From Botryllus schlosseri (taxonomy: Eukaryota): a stretch of DNA of 64,000 nucleotides. The stretch covers positions 18,972,001 to 19,036,000 of the forward strand of contig CM119372.1 of assembly GCA_051294905.1 (NCBI GenBank), read 5' to 3'. Positions 17,100 through 28,800 of the stretch are shown here, in pieces (position 1 is the stretch's first letter; each line of letters opens with the position of its first letter). The notes under the pieces are model-generated. The model was not told where the DNA came from, searched no databases, and saw nothing but the letters and a program-made list of their open reading frames with translations. The translations under genes were made by a program, and so were the position numbers.

Positions 17100-18420
17100 T
17101 TGCTATGTTATTTGATCATTTACGATCTTACAAAATGGGTTATAATAAGAAATATAGACCATTATAAAACATATGATAATTCAATTATATACATGGTATG
17201 CAGAAATGTAGGTGAAGAAAATCTTGAATTGGTTTTGGTAGGGAAGTTGTTGAGACTTGTGATTGTATGTTTTATTAGCGAATACTCATATTATACTTGG
17301 TCAATTGCCTTCTCACAAAATTCCTAGCTTTCCATAGACAGACTGTTGTACTGCAATTGTTGACTATAATGGCTTTTTGGAAGAACAGGAATTTAGAGTC
17401 AGTTTACGGAATCCTGGTTACGTTGTGTCTTGTATCAGCGATTGAATTTGTTCAAGAGCTATACAGTGGCCTTATATAGCGTATCTTTACGGTATGAGGC
17501 ATAGCCTTGGTTATTGTAGCAGCATCAGCATTTTGAGAATTATATACATCCAAATGTTTTTCGTGGTTTGAATTACATTATTGATATGACATTACTATAG
17601 GATTCTTTGAGATGATTCTGCAATCCTCATGTTAGCTATAGTTTAGCCTACTCTGATTAGGTGCTGGTATCCCGAAACAGTAGAAATCCAGGCAGAGATC
17701 CATGGCAAAGAGCCGAACCGGATAATAGCACTATAATTGCATCATAGCTATGAAAGCATGCCATTTGTGCGTGCCACCATTGAAGAAAATGTTTTAATAT
17801 ATTTATAGGGTGTATTTTGAGGGTACTGCTCTCCACAATCATGATTACCAGGCTACTGGTGTTTTCATAAGTATATGCATTTGTCCAATATCAGGTTAAC
17901 TTGAAGCACTTGGTTCAATTTGTTTCCTCTCTCTATTTGGATCTCTAACAACAGGGATTGGTTCCTGTAGTATACTAATTATTTCAGTTAGCTTGGCACA
18001 TAATAAGTAAATTGCTTCCTTCATTGTTTCGGTGTATTTTGATAAATTGGACGATTGCATAATAGATTAGGGAGGATAGTGCGGTACAATCTATCTTGCG
18101 ATTTGGTGCAGTTTTAAATCCATCAGTAGTAACTTCATTTCGATGAATAGTCTTAGTAAACGTTTTGCAGAGTATAGTTTCTGTTTTTTGTAGAGAAACA
18201 GCACGTGTCAGCATCGGATCTATTAGCTCCATGATGTCAAATTTCAATTGCAAAACCATTGTTTACAAGCTGTCAATGGAAATTCCAGAGCCTCCTTCCG
18301 CTTGGACAGCTCTTTGAATTTTCTTCGTGATGTGCTGTATGTACCCTTTATCAAGCTCACGCAAAGCAATGCATCAGTTTATTGCTGAATTTAAAGCTGA
18401 TGATTACTAAATAATATCAA
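17100..18420 (-). pseudogene. Decayed L1/Tx1-like LINE ORF2, 3' portion
   Basis: Interrupted minus-strand frames give AEGGSGISIDSL*TMVLQLKF (GGLG...LK motif after RT) and, ~850-1000 nt later, AMPHT...ADTRHN...CLWKARN (zf-RVT / W-x-x-RN region); many stops. Confidence 0.45.
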
Positions 18421-18480
18421 TTTTTCATAGTATTCAAGCATATTGCCTGCTGTAGGCTACTTGAGTGATTGGGTTTTAGA

Positions 18481-18930
18481 TAGGCTTACCATATTTTGGA
18501 AATCTAAAAAGAGGACACTTTTTCAGAAATTTGAGACTTGCAAAACCGGAGAAGAATTCTCAAAAACCGGTGAATTTTTCCCACTTTGTGATCGATCGAC
18601 TAAAAAAAAAGGTCATCTCTTCCGATCAGAGCTCAAAATACCGTTTTCTTCCCGCATTGCTAGGTGGATGACTAAAAAAAAAAAAGAAAAAAGGTCATCT
18701 TTCCGCCCAGAGCTTAAATAACCGTTTTTCACTCCGAAATACCCGCCGGAGCGTCAGTTCTGTGCTAATTTACGGCATATCACTCGCAATTTGCTCTAAA
18801 TCTGACCTAAATTTTCAAAAAAGAGGACAAAATCTCAAAAAAGAGGACAAAAGGGCGTCCTCCGAGGACACTTTCTAAAAAGTCAAAAAAGAAGACAAAT
18901 CCTCTTAAAAGAGGACGTATGGTAACCCTA
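18481..18930. mobile_element. hAT MITE with TAGG termini
   Basis: TIR taggcttaccata / tatggtaacccta; perfect TSD GTTTTAGA (18473-18480, 18931-18938); internal aaaaagaggaca repeats. Confidence 0.9.
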
Positions 18931-19883
18931 GTTTTAGACCACTTCTACTTTGACATTTCTTGAAGTGAAAGTACTATAGGCTTTTTAAAACTTGTGAAAT
19001 GGGAAGCTGGTTTTGAACTGATTTTACTTGTGAGCTGTGAGTGAAATCGATTGCAGCCACCTATTCATATACATTGTAGGCTACAACAACCACAGCCCAA
19101 AGGCAGTAGTCTCACTTTCGAATCTCTTTGTGTCACTGTTAACCACTATGCCATGGCCGTGAAATGTAGGAGTGATTTGTTTTGAAATTTTGACAATTGT
19201 ATTGAAATGAACTTGTTTTCGAACCTATTATATATCTTTTGTCACGCCAGATATTACCTGCTGCATAACTATCCGTCCACCGCAACTACTTCAGTTCAAT
19301 TTCCATGCCTTCAGGATTGACTTTTGGAGAAGCGCATTATTCACATAGTGATCTGATTTGTAGATATCAAGTTAAGCCTCTCGACTCGGGTCGCAGCGGG
19401 TAGAATCTGGACGAAAATTACAGCGATCAAGCACCTTCGCAGACGTATGCCGCAAGAACATATGGCGTCAAGTTTGATTACCTTTAGTGCAGATTGAATA
19501 GGCGCTTGCGATCCTTGATCACTGAGATTGCATCGCGCATTCTCTTTGAGATATCTGAATTATGCAGACCTGTTGCCGTGCGGCGCTAGGCCGTCTACTG
19601 ACCCCTTACACTCCGTAGGCTACGTTGCTCATTTTGGGCGACTCTTTTCGGATATAATCGCAGTCGGTCGGAAACGCTATCACTGATTTGTCTCTCTGAA
19701 AGAAGTTGGGGCGGCTAAATCGATGCTAAAGTCAGTGGGATGGAATCGTAGCTTAAATATTTGATGTCCGACGCATGCAAAATTAACGAGCTGGTCGTGC
19801 ATCTTTCGACGTGCCTTGTACTCGGATCCATATCGAACTATACAATTTTCAGAATAGGTTAATTCGGCCGATATCCAGTATTT

Positions 19884-20401
19884 CAGGGGTGGGCAACATG
19901 CGGGCCGGATCCGGCCCGCGGACAGTTTTCCGTCTTATATGATAATGCGGCCAGCGGCTACGGTCTGCCGAGATTCCCCGCTACCTGCTTACTACGTCAA
20001 ATTTTAGTGACTCCATGTTATTATATACAATACATGTATGCGCATTGCGCACTGCGCTGCGTGCGAGAGTGGAGCTTACTCGTAAGTTCGTCGAAACGGG
20101 AAGAGTTACATTATCGGCATTTACGATGTACTCGTAACCCTAATATCGTTTGTGGTAATCATGGTGTTTCTCGACTACAATGGTCATTTACACCAGGCCG
20201 ATATTCCTTATTTTTGATTCCGTAGCCGCCGACTTGTAGCACGGAACACTTCTAGGCTTTTGTAAGACACCTCTTATGCCAGAGGTCGCTAACTCAAAAC
20301 GGGTCGCGAGCCACTTTTCAAATGTCGTAGAAGCCGCGTTCCGCATGAATTCAATATCAAGATAAAATAGGCCACACAGTTGGAGAAGTTGCCCGCCCCT
20401 G
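19884..20401. mobile_element. hAT MITE
   Basis: TIR caggggtgggcaac / gttgcccgcccctg; perfect TSD CAGTATTT (19876-19883, 20402-20409). Confidence 0.9.
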
Positions 20402-21184
20402 CAGTATTTCATAGTCTATAGTTGATCGTCGATTCCACCCATCTAGACTTTGTGACTGCCGCTGCGAATCGCCTCACATTTCAGGTCAGTTCAGCTTTCA
20501 TCGTTAGCGATAAAAGGAAGTGGAAAGTAATTGGAGAAGTCTTTTGCAATCAACAACACGCCTATACATCGAACATGCAAATAAGAGGCATACACACTGA
20601 ATTAAAAGTAGCAGAAGATAGAATAAAAAGGATCAGCGATGAAAAGGTACCAGTAGTCGAAATGGGTGCCGCGTGCCGGATCGTGGTCCAGTAATTTCGA
20701 GCGCAGACTAGTATTTATTTAGTAGAAACTGCTTGCATATTGAGTTGAATGCAGACACTTGACTTGACGTATTGCAGGCGGAATACTGCTTCACAGTCCT
20801 GGTCCGTCGTACTTGATAAAGTAGTGCGTTCCCTCGTAATTCGTATTCGAATCAATGCGTCCTTGATGATACCACTGGGAATCATTTGTATTGCACCGCA
20901 GTGACCATCGATGATCTCGTTACGAAATCGAACAAAATACGAGTAATGGGCATATTATAGCGTCTTTTTAGTCGGGCATTCGTTCTCACGGGGCCTCGGA
21001 GCGCTAGGGAAAGCGCAAATTCTTGTCGAACTTGAAATTTTTGAGGTCACCACTGCGTATCCGCCTTCACAGACTAGTTCTTCTGAATGGGTGCATTGCG
21101 CACTATCGGTTTTGACGAGTGTTTTTGTTTCGATCCGTCTACCTACGCAACGCATACTCGCTGCCGGAATGCAGTTTCTTCTCT

Positions 21185-21206
21185 CACGGATATCTAGATA
21201 TCCCTG
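21185..21206. mobile_element. 22-bp palindromic micro-element / transposon footprint
   Basis: cacggatatctagatatccctg flanked by perfect 8-bp TCTTCTCT (21177-21184, 21207-21214); the same 22-mer occurs at 49138-49159. Confidence 0.75.
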
Positions 21207-24200
21207 TCTTCTCTGCACACGTAATGAAGCGGAAAAAAGGACGGAGTCGCAGGAACAGTTGCCTAAACACCGGTCGCTGTTTGATCGCAGTTTTTACAAG
21301 CAGATCAACGCAGAGTGGCGAATTTAATATTTATGATGCTCGTAACTTCGATATATTGATACGTTGATGAGGGAGTTGTAAGCCGAGCTCGCGTTGCCGC
21401 CATCTCAAAAATTAGGCCACCGCTCCGTTCGGAAGCGTATTTTCCACAGTATATTCGCGCTTGACGGCGTTTTATTCCAGCACTTCGGCGCGCTTCGCGA
21501 AACGATTTACGAGTGCCATTTATCACGGCACTCGACGGACACTTCGCGAATGTGCGAAACGAAATAATTCATTCAGGTCACTGATGGTCGGTGTAATACC
21601 GCCGTCGTTGTGTGCGGCGGTTGAGTGCTCGACAGGGATAAGTTCAATTATTGTCACGGATTAACTCTTGATGCAGATAGATCGGTTAATATATAGCTTA
21701 CGCGAGTGGCTTTGATTTTGGCGTGAAATTGCGCGATGTCAGCGAGCCTCGCAGGATTTAACTCTTCCGTAACGATACCGACTGTCCTCAAAGCATGCGC
21801 GTAACAAAGCGTGAGTACGTCATGCAAACAAACTGGTAGTCTGCCGTAATTTCGAACTTGCTCGCTGAACTTGCTCGCTGTCCCAGTCGGTTAGTTCTGT
21901 CGCCTAGCGCCTAGATATCGACACAATGATGCGAGAACTCGAATCCGAATGGAGTATTAATTGTTACGATACGAATCGTAAAGTGGTCGTATCACAAAGC
22001 TACTCACGTTAGTGGAGATGACATTATTGTGAAGACGTGATCAACACACGGCATTGTCACGAAGTACAATGAAATACGCATGGTCGAAAAATACGAAATT
22101 ATCATTATGTGGTGAAAAACTGGCATTGTTTTCTTTGTGGTCGCACAAACTTTCCGAATCACTGAGGTAATCCAATTTGCTGATCCCTACCCATCAATAT
22201 ATCATATGTGGCCATAGATCTAGTTCAAGTCAACCCGAACGTTTGAATTAACTGTTGTTTGTGGTTGATTGGATGGAATTCCGAATGAGACCGCCCTGCC
22301 TCGTTCGCACGGTATTGGTACTATTTACATATTATCTGTCTCCTTTCAGTGGAGACATTCCCTGCTATTTATTGGTTCATAATTGCTGTTTACAGTGATC
22401 GGCTCCCCATTACATGCAGTTATGGGGCAATGAATCGGAAAATTTCGCTAGTGCCGCGAATGGGGACGAAACCGATGCAGATGTTCTAGCAGTAGCCTGT
22501 ATATTGAAGGCAATGTCATGCGCCGCGGTCGTGCATGAACGGGCAGGGAACAGAAGTGACTTCTGCTCAGTGTGCAAACCTCTTTCTTCAGATTGTGACG
22601 TCACCGTATAGCTCAGATGACGTGCATGTAGGAACGTGTGGGTTCTACCTGTGCTGCGTCCTGAGGCAGGTCAAAGTAGTCACGCTTGGAACTCGCGTGG
22701 AAGTAGGAGTAACGGCGTAAATATCTACAAGTACAAGCGGAATACCGATTTCCAAGTATGTAAAAAAGGAAGCATTCTTGGCATAGTTGAGCACTGTAGT
22801 ATTTTACTGACCACCGCTGGCTCTGGCACCATGGTTTACTCTGGGTCGCGAAAAACCTGTTGTAGGTAGCTCTACGTATTTTCATTGCAAGTGAGATGCC
22901 ATTATAAAGTATGGCGCTAACGCAGCGTTTGGAAAGGTACGGAAAGTTAGTATGAGAGGAGCGGGTTCAAATCGCAGTGTACAAATGATACGGTACGTAG
23001 TACTACTGATACGGTACGTAGTGCTACTGATATGGGGATGGATGTATATAACATACATATGTATAATATACATTGTATATTTTGGGTTTTATCTCTTGCA
23101 AAAGTCGTCTAATTTGAGGCGGATGAAAAATAACGATTATGCAGGGAATCGGAAGTTTTTCGAATGCCTGGTATGATTCACAACGTGAGAATTTGAATTG
23201 GAGGCTGGATATAAACTATTATGGAGCGCAGGCGGCAAGGCAGTTCGAAACCAGATTTTGTGTGAATTTCGAAATTCGAAGATTAGTGTATCCAGACCAC
23301 CGAGAAAGAATCGTAATATGTGTGGGGAATCAGAATCATTCTTGGCCGATTGACGAAGCGTTGCTGGGCGATCGGCAAACTTACTTGCTGCGAATTGTGA
23401 ACGGCGAGTGTCACAATAGCGAGTTATATAAAATCCCACCTGACCTCTACCCCGGTATAACATCACCCTAACCTTAACCGACACTTACGCTTACCCCGCC
23501 ACTATCTGCTATTTTGAGTGTATCTGTCCGGTGACGCTGGCTATTTAGCCGGAATGTCCTGTTGGTTACGTAACATTGTGTCTTGTGTGTCGCATTCTGC
23601 ATTGTGTGTCTTTCACTGGCTGTGGCAGTGTACTGAATAATCTGTAGACAACATTAAAGGATCAATGTCCATCATTGGATGCGTCGCCGCGCAAACACGC
23701 CCTAAGCCCAGAAGCAACATATTCTTCGTAATACTAGTTTTGGTCATGAGACAAGCTATAATTTGCACGCAAATTGGTCGCCACGACAGAGCGTGTTCAG
23801 CTGTTCAGTGACAGAAGATTCGGAAGTATAAGTTACATCTCGGCATCAATCACGGTGTTTCTCGTAGCATCAATTTCAACGATCGCATCATCAGATAAGC
23901 TCTGCGCTGTTCACTCTGCGACTCGAGAATGTCAAGTATTTGAAATGCGGTTTCGTGATATTTTTGGTGGGAAGGAGTTGAACAAATCATAACTGATTGC
24001 TCATAACTCATGCTGGTAGTGTGGTTCATGCGCTTAATTTCTGCGCACGGCTGATTTCTGTAATTTGATTTGTCGTAGTTACGCCGCCGTTGACAGCTTG
24101 GTATCGGTGTAATTAAACCTAGCAATCAGACGCGATCGAGCCGGGCTAGAGTGACCACTGTACAGAGTGCAGTAGTTAATATTAAAACTGATTCATCGAC

Positions 24201-24789
24201 TTTTCGCGGGGTCTTCGCAGGCTGCAGGAAATTAAGCCGGGTTTATTGCGGTTTTTGGTCGTGATTTAATCATTTCAGAACACATCGTTAGTAATGCTAG
24301 AAGTCCCTGGTGACCGCGTGTGTAGATAGCGAAATAGCTATCGATCACGTTTGGCGATATTGTGTCGCAAGCTCACTCAAAGCCGGCAGTGATATAATTT
24401 TTGCGATCCGCAGTGGCAACACCGTGGAAGTGTAGATATTCAGAAATGAGTCATTCGCTTGGCATATCTTCGCGGCTTGCGGGTGTTCCGCCGTTCAGGG
24501 CTGCGTGGGAAGTTAAGATTGTACTGATAGAAATTATTTAGTTTAGTTTTTATAAAAGGTCTGACATTTCAGAGAATTATGCCCATTTATGCTTGGGAAT
24601 TGAACTGGAGGAAGTGCTGAAGGGAGAGAGAATTTGGTTTTCATCCAACCGAATTCGACAATAATTCGACATTATAAAAGTGTCCACGATTTTGAGCCTA
24701 AACCCTAAAAACGTGTTTTCGTCCGGCTGGACTGTATCTCCAAAGGAACGTGGTACATAACTTCAATATACGATTGAATATATGCACAT

Positions 24790-25080
24790 TGAAAATACCG
24801 TCAGGGTAATCGTAAGCAACTAGTAGTGAATTTTATAGGAATTTATTAAGAGTCCTATCGGTATCACCAAATATGACATCACAGGTCTAGAATTTCGAAT
24901 AATCGAAGCGAACAGATGGCTCAAGCTCAATGTACTATTTTTAGATTACGCGCCGACTCCAACGGAAGGAGTCCTATTTCGTCCTACAACTATTGATATA
25001 CAAGGGTCGTCTTGGAATTTTCTAATGCTGACGATTACCCCTGACTAGTCTCAGCCGAAAGTATTCGGTTTCATTTCAAT
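24790..25080. mobile_element. Palindromic MITE-like repeat (gtcaggggtaatcgtcagcaactagtag family)
   Basis: Motif on + at ~24800 and on - at ~25030-25080; further copies at ~28983-29100 (+) and ~34965-35127 (-). Confidence 0.55.
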
Positions 25081-25795
25081 TTTTAATCGTACACAAATAA
25101 CAGAGCGAATATTTTACAGACGTTTCCGATTATATTCCTGCCCTTCAACGTGATCGGACCCAGTAAAAGTGACTTTTCCCACATTTCCCATAATTATTGC
25201 ATGTTACAGAACTGTCGCAGCTATAGTTGGCAAAAAGCCACGATTCACGGCTTATAGAAACCCGACCTTGTCGTGGTGTACCGCGCTACACTCTGCTTCA
25301 TACAGATGTACCTCGATCTTTCTTGCTATGTTTCCAATATATTTCGTTTGTAACGTAATCATATTCCATTACGATAAAACAATTATACATGCATTTACGT
25401 TGTCCAATCATTATATGCAAGCAAATATTTACAATCCCTAGACGTTTGACATGTCCTTCGGCAGGGTTAAGCAGTAAGCTTTACGGCGTGACCTTAACGC
25501 AGTAGCGACAAACTGATTTCCATTGTGTCCGAGCGTGTTTGTTGAACTTCTCTACGAACTCGTATTTCACGTCGCGCAACGTGTGATGTTTGCGGATGCT
25601 TACCAATCTCCTATTGATTTATCACAATGTAAACTTTTACAGTTTAGGTTATGCTGTCTAGTTTGCAGGATTAGTATTTGCGAAAGGATGCGATTTGCGT
25701 CGGCCGGTCCCGCCAAATTGCTTTTAAATTCCCCGTTCGAGAAATTGTGCGCCTGCCGCGTCGGAACGTTTTGAAGAAGGAATCTGCAGGTCTGG

Positions 25796-25821
25796 ATGGA
25801 GGACAATCGTATGACTGTATG
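25796..25821 (+). CDS. PLCL: PLCL candidate first coding exon (MEDNRMTV-)
   Basis: ATG at 25796, strong donor gtgagt at 25822; phase 2 matches the acceptor at 27484. Confidence 0.5.
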
Positions 25822-28800
25822 GTGAGTTTCATTCATCTCAAAGTATGCCAGACCTTGACCTTGACAACATTTTCGAATGGCGGTCGTGTGTGCAAATCGA
25901 ACTAGGTGATGTGGATTTTTGACACATACGTCCGTACACATTGTATAGCTCAGACTTCTGGAAACGCCACTTTAGCTCATTGCCGGTTCCGTGTAAGTGT
26001 AAAAGTCTTTAACACTGACTCTCGTATACTTATTTATCATGAATTGGTATGACAAACTTCATTTGATATCCGAACACACGAGTAAGTTGTACGATGTAGG
26101 CCTCTCGCGAATCCTAACATCAGGAATAATTGTTTTTTGGCGTCTTGAAACACAACCCACCGAGCATCCCTTTTGCGACATCGATCGTCAGCTTCCAGAT
26201 TCCGATAGTCATATTTTCTTCCATTCGTAAGTGGTTCGCCGTGTTCGCGTATTGAATATCTGACTCCAGCGTTGATCAAAGGGAATGTCAGCTTAATAAG
26301 TCATCCGGCCAAGCTACGCATTATCCAAGGCGATGTACCAACTAGCAGTCCGTACAATCGTGCACACATGACCATAGTATTCCGTGCGTTCAACTGAGTA
26401 TTACGCAAATCGGAGTTCTAGCCCCATGCTGCTTAGTGCTTAATGTGCTGTTCAATCGACATTTTTGAACCACTGGCACTTCATGTACGAAAAATTGCAC
26501 AATGAAAACACGCAGTACAATAAAACTAATCATTTTCATAATCCGTTGCTTTTTGCCGAAAATAAGTTTATAACCAACTTTGACTGCGATCGATGGTTTA
26601 TTTTGTATTTATAGCATAATCCGCTGATTTTATTAACGCCCTCGGTAATGTGACAGAGATTAGCGCGATCCTTTTAGGAAGCAGAGAAATTTGATTTCAT
26701 TCTTCATCGGGTCTTTGTTCTGGGCCATAAGAACAGCGACTGGGGACGAGAAGCTCAGAACCTCCGACGACGGGACATGAAGTCGGGCCCGCCCGCGTAA
26801 ATGTCGCCGGCGCTCACCATTACACTGCTCCCCCGAATCGGAAAGAACATGTATATCACCAATCGTATCACCAAATTTGAGAAACCCCTTTGTCGGCACT
26901 AGGGCTGGGCAAAATCGAGTACCTGAGTGATTCGATTCTGATTCACGTATTTTGCTTCGAGCCGAGCCGAGTATTCGAGTATCACTCATTATGACGTCAC
27001 GACAAAATGTATCATATGAAAGTTCAAATATATACCTTTTGTGTCACCACAAAGAATGTAATGCCCGTTATCCATCGCATTAACGATACTTTGGTATTTC
27101 TTCGACCCTACCGATTTCATTACACTTTGTGAGAATGCTGTGGGAGGATCATGCATGAATTCGGAAATGTATTTACAGTAACGGTCGTAGCTTTGCACTA
27201 TATGTTTCGTATGCTGCGATACGGCCAATCACGGCTTCAAGGCTTCCACAGTGGATGATTTTTGTTACTCGACTCCAATCATAAAAATAATTACTCGATT
27301 CAGATTCGAGTACTCGAATCGTTGTGCCCAGCCCTGGTCAGCACTTTATTTGAGAATGGCGCGATCGCGTTCGGCGCAGTCATGAAAATCAGACCGAACA
27401 AACCGCCGAGCGATGTGCGTTTTGACCCGGGGATGTCTAGAACTATCTTTGACCGCGGTTAATTTGTCGTGTTCTTTTTTCAGCCTCCTGGCAGAGGAAC
27501 TTACCGGCAGCGAAATGAGCCCGATATCGGAAGTCGGCGATTCGGAAGCTGTGTCGTCACAGACGGGCGAGGTACAATCAGATTCAGATCCGGTGAAAGT
27601 AGCGAGCGTTGCTACGCAGGTAGAAGTAAGGCCACGAATCTCCACTCAATCAGGAGAGGCGGCGAGCGCTGCGACGTTTCAAAACTATTTCAAGTGAACG
27701 TGTAAAAGGTCTCGTAAGCACTCGAGTAGTATGAAAAATTACATTGGGTAGAGGGGTCGCGGACTTTCAGTTAATCGGAAGTGGTTTCATTCGACATTAC
27801 AAAATGCGTCTTCGGGACTAATCCAAAATGAGTGACGACCTTGAGAATGGGTGTAATCCTCGACAATATATTCGGCAGTTACTGCGACGGCTTGGCATAT
27901 TTGCCGCGCGGTTCTTCCGACGATTTTCGCACGTAAAAGTAACGCAATCTCATCCCCAAAGTAGGCTGTTTTGCCTTTACTATCCGTTCAAGTGGAATCA
28001 TTCTAGATCCCAGAAACATGACCAATTGCCAGGGATGGTGTGAAGGTTCACGTTCGCGTTCTGTGTGTGAACCTCAAATTTAAAGGTTCACGTTCACAAA
28101 TGAACCTTGGTAGGTTCTGCCGTCGCTGGGTATCGTGTGCAATCTGTGCATTAATAAATTACATCACATCACTGAAATGTAGGGTTGGAATTAGCATTAT
28201 GACATCACATGACGCATTAGGTTTGCGTTCGCGTTCACACAAAACCTTTCAAAAAGGGTTCGCGTTCACACGAACCTGAACCTCTTAGGGGTTCACACTA
28301 TCCTTACGTAAAGTGCAGGTGGAATACTTCGTTAGTGACCATGACCACCTGACCAGTGACCAACTGACCATCTCTGTTCTGGGTATAATCACGCAACAAG
28401 CACTGGCTAGCCTCTGCTTCAATTTCTGGAAACATTCCTTTACAGAGTCCCGGGCAAACCGCCGAAGACGGGTTCGTGAACAGCGCGTACGCAGACAACG
28501 CGACGCCGATTAAGGAATTGCCGATGGACGATCCGCCAATAAGACCTCGGGCCGGAAGACGCCGCAGTATAATCAAGGTATGATTGCTGCCGTCGTGGTG
28601 GCAAGTGCGCTTGCGCGCTGGTCACCTGGCAATTTGCCTCGTGATGTAGTGACGAATTGGCTCGGCGCCGAGTTTTCTAGACGCTTGATTTGTCGGTCTA
28701 AAACAGCGGTTTTCAGCTTGGAACCGATATCATTTAAAAACACACTTCGCGAAACGTTGGACTTTAAGAAATCAAAATCAACCCGGAATGTAATTGCGAC

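Noticed and set aside
17160-17340. SOCS-box-like string (CLWKARNFVRRQL...SLPKPIQDFL) on the minus strand near a cullin gene
   Set aside because: The frame is broken by stops. The upstream GG motif and its spacing fit the L1/Tx1 ORF2 C-terminus (W-x-x-RN) better, and no ankyrin or SH2 exons were found. An HMM search would settle it.
22986-23032. Small tandem duplications (21 bp here; 20 bp at 49841-49880) and GA microsatellites (~12520, ~34190)
   Set aside because: Ordinary slippage products with no link to other features.
20700-24600. Many 60-115-aa ORFs in CpG-rich intergenic DNA (similar ones at 32.6-38.2 kb)
   Set aside because: No recognisable domain or consistent exon chain was found. 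An unrecognised gene or lncRNA cannot be excluded without RNA-seq.
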